Origin: Chrysomallon squamiferum
Taxonomy: Eukaryota; Animalia; Mollusca
Assembly: GCA_012295275.1 (NCBI GenBank)
Contig: CM022670.1
Location: forward strand, 24,924,001-24,988,000
Length of the DNA: 64,000 nt
Direction of reading: 5' to 3'
A program made the translations under genes and the position numbers. Of the stretch, positions 60,183-64,000 are shown one piece after another (position 1 is the first letter of the stretch; the number at the start of each line of letters is the position of its first letter). The notes below the pieces were generated by a model. That model saw only the letters and a program-made list of their open reading frames with translations, made no database searches and was not told the DNA's origin.

Positions 60183-60864
60183 TATTATTATTATTGTTAT
60201 TGTTATTATTTACATAATATTTTACAACACATTAAAATCTTACCTAAGGTCTATTTCCACAATAGCCGTATCACCAGAAGCACTACAAACACGTGCCGAG
60301 CTAAAACTACGAGTGAGAGAGAGATCAGAACAAACTACTGAAGAGATCCAATAAGACGTAAAAAGAGTCTGTCCATCTCGCTTCCTCATTAGGGATTTGA
60401 TGTCACGTATGAATTACTGTAATATATAAAAAATTTAAAATGCAGTCCAAAAATACCAGACACAGTAACATATTTATGTGTACCTATCTATGTTCAGTCT
60501 ATGTAATTATCGAGCGATATGTGAAGTGAAAAATTAGTGTTTTATGTGTTTGTCAATAACTTCGGAACTAATTAGTTATTTTGCATCGTCTCTGACTGAT
60601 TTGATGTCTGTCTTTATATCTTTGTTATAGATATGTTATATCAGTGTCTGGCTCTGTGTTTGAATATCTATCTTTGTTCGTGTATGTGTCATATATTTAC
60701 TTAGTATGTATGTACATCTTTTAACAAGTACTGTTGTTGTTGATTTTTGTATTTTTTTTTTTTTTTTTTGCGACCTTCTCTCTGCATTTTTAAAAACAGA
60801 TAGAGACTGAATTTCTTTAACTACGCCTCAATCCATTTAATTTCAGATGTAATTATTATTATTA

Positions 60865-60913
<49 letters not shown>

Positions 60914-62842
60914 ATGAATAACGAAATTATTAAAATGAATAACGAAATTGGTAAAAAGATAATAAAGACATAATAATAATGATGCTATGCAGAAAATACA
61001 GCTTGATAGATAATGATTTTATGTATAACTAGTCTGATCAAAACTGTGTTATTCGGTTACGATATACCAACAAATAAAAATAATTTTTAAAATAATAAAT
61101 CTCACCTATGAGTGTTTGTTCTGATCTCTGACTTAACATAAATAATTATTTAATCCATTTCTATTAGGCTGTCTTTTATTATTTTTTATACATCAGAACT
61201 AATGAAAGAGATAAATTAAATAAAGCAACAACTTATGTTGACTCTTATGAAGCAGATTAAACGTAATTTCATTATGACGTCATTACTTTGTAGGTTATTA
61301 TGTTTTATACGACTAACCTTGCCTGTATATTTTCGAAAAACTGATGCTTTAATTATTACAGTGATTGTTAAGAAAAGAAAAAAAAAAAAAAAAGTATCAG
61401 AGGCGAATACGGGATTTCTGAACAGAGAGTGAATTAATGTTGTGGATATTAATGTCATGATCAAATGCCTTACTTTATAATAGCAAGGTTCACAATATGT
61501 ATCCTACATGCAGTGTACTTATAAATAAATAAGAAAATTCGGTATTTGATGGTCTGTCCTTTCCTGAGTGCTACAACAAGTAAGCCATTTTTATTAACTT
61601 ACGTTTCGTATTCTAAAAGTGATTATCATAAAATCAACAATAAAAGAATGTGTAACGACACCTCACAAAAAAACATATCGACTTCTTATTACTGTTAACA
61701 TAGAAATGAATTAGACTCTTAACAGAAGCTAATCTGTAGTTTAATTTAAAACAGACAAACAGACGAATTCTTTATTTTAAAATCACAGATCAGCAATCGT
61801 AAAACGGACACAACATTTAACGAACTAAAAACATCTTCCACGTCATTTCGCTTCCTGTTTTCATCTTTCTAAAGTCATTTATTTTCTGTATCTAAATTTG
61901 ACACAGTTTTTCTTTATGTGGGTCATTTGTGCAATAATAAATCAATTACAAATTGTGACTATGCATGGTCAGAGTCTAAACGCGCCTTCGTAATAATTCT
62001 TATAGTTCTTACTGGATGCGACAAGTGTACGTGAATGTTGTGTGATAAAGTGCGACTTGTACTAACGACTCGTAAAGTTATTCACAGCAACTTATAAATT
62101 GTGTATGGGAGGGGTCTTCACCTCTGAGGTGATTCATGTTCAGCTTTACATGACGTATTATTTGTTACCGTGTGTGTCGTTCTTTCTGTGGAGGTCTGTG
62201 TGCACATGCGCGTATGTTTTAAATCCAATTTCAAGGTTTCTTACAGTAAGTCGCAAAGAAACTGTTATCGCAAGTCGACCATTGGTAACGCGCCTTTAGC
62301 GTGCTAGACGACGCAATGTACGTACAGCTTGGCGAGTAAATCTTGTTTAACGGCTAACAAGTAATTTGAGATGATTTGTTTGAAGTGATCATCATATCTC
62401 GTTGATTGCCCATCGATCTGAGAGTGAAACCAATGTCCATTGTTTACACTTGACCGCCATGGGTGCGCTGGATCAACAATCAGTGAAACGTTTATTGAAA
62501 TTAAACCTTTTCTTTCACTCCTATTTGATTACCGCAAGACACGTTTCTTCGGTTTCTGGTAGTTTGTTTTAGATATACAGCCCCGCAGTTACAGTCGGCT
62601 TGACACTGCACCTCGGCTAATGTAGACCACAGAACAATGTTGTTACCACTCTGTCTGTCTGTCTGTCTCTCTCTGTCTCATTTTCTCTTTCTTTCAAACA
62701 AATAGTTACATCCATATCTTGTAGAACTGCATAACGATATAAAGAACGGGCTAATTAAAAGGAATATTGTTTTATTTTATTTTCTTTCTATCTCCTTCGC
62801 TCATTTCGTCGCTAACTCTTTCTCTCTCTGTATGTCGCTATC

Positions 62843-62919
<77 letters not shown>

Positions 62920-63434
62920 CTCTCTCTCTCATGTTTGCCTGGACGTACAAGACTACAATTATATGCTTGTCTCTGAATCTAATTTTACGCTACTTTTCCC
63001 GTGTTTTTATGATGAAATACGGAGCAAAAAAATTTAATCTAATCTCTCTTTTGAAAAAGGAAGATGAAAACGTAACTTTTTGTCTTGAGGGCACAACCGT
63101 TGTACGCTATCGAGTTCTGCACGACCGTGATTTTGAAAATCAGATTTAACGGTAAACTGTTGCCTGGTGATTCAGTGCAATCTGAGAGGTTTGTACTATG
63201 ACAAAACACTTTGTCAGGTTTCTCATTTCATTATTCATTTGAAGAGTAAATACATGCATGTTCTGTTACAAGATATTCTGTCTCTTACATGAATATATGT
63301 CATTCTATCTTGTTCTAATGTAATTTACTTTTATATACAAGTGTTTATTAGTATATGTTTTTTTGTTTTTGTTTTACATATACATACATTACTATGTACG
63401 TGTATGTGGTTGTGGAGAAGAGAGAGAGAGAGAG

Positions 63435-63481
<47 letters not shown>

Positions 63482-64000
63482 TGTGTATAAAGATAGTCTA
63501 ATAACAGCTGAGCTACAAGTAGCTTTAAAATAATTATATATGTTTTAACATATTGTACTTAAAAGAAATTTAATTTAAAATATCATTCACATAAACAAAA
63601 CCTTTGGCAATGTAATAAAATGATCATGAGTTTTAGTTTTTAATATAATTTTAATAACATGAATTCATCAAAGTGAGTTCAAAACATTTTGAGTAAAATA
63701 AAAAAATAAAATTTAAAAATTTAAAAATTTACAAGAAAGAACAAAAGTGTTTATAACATAATCTCTTGGTACCTTTTCTCCACAACCATCATTTAACACT
63801 TGTACATTATTTAACTAAACGGTGGCATTCTTCTTTTTTTTTTTTTTTTTTTTTTGTCTGTCTATGTCACCGATCGTGTGCTGAATATTTTTATGCCTAA
63901 GACGCTAATGTCTAAATGATTCTGCGTATTTCGAGTTCTGACAAGTTCTTCAGAACCAAAGCACAAGAGACCGTCATCAGGATCATGTTTCTAATTAGAT

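Overview
AT-rich, microsatellite-dense animal genomic DNA, almost certainly from a gastropod mollusc. It holds three genes. (1) The 3' end of a hemocyanin gene: functional unit h plus a 3'-UTR intron and exon, at 1-~2100. (2) A complete, head-to-tail second hemocyanin gene (TATA box 8691, ATG 8763, stop 27845, poly(A) signal 28498). By hand it reconstructs to 16 coding exons, including a 13-nt signal-peptide micro-exon, plus a non-coding last exon. The CDS is 10,200 nt (3,399 aa) with eight functional units a-h. (3) A convergent minus-strand Cys-loop ligand-gated ion channel gene (9 coding exons, 39908-31561, 426 aa). It looks GRD-like, has a cation-type pore signature (SDR instead of PAR) and needs two non-canonical GC-AG introns. 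Introns and intergenic DNA contain an internally deleted pogo/Tigger transposon with an adjacent fold-back, two MITE/foldback-like elements, SINE relics and a 14-bp minisatellite. I see no convincing protein-coding gene in 40-64 kb. All exon boundaries were read by eye from splice signals and frame continuity. Comparisons with other species are from memory and are marked as such. I found no wholly new biological system; the best leads are the probable excitatory GABA-receptor subunit, the hemocyanin intron architecture and a possible intron-gain footprint.
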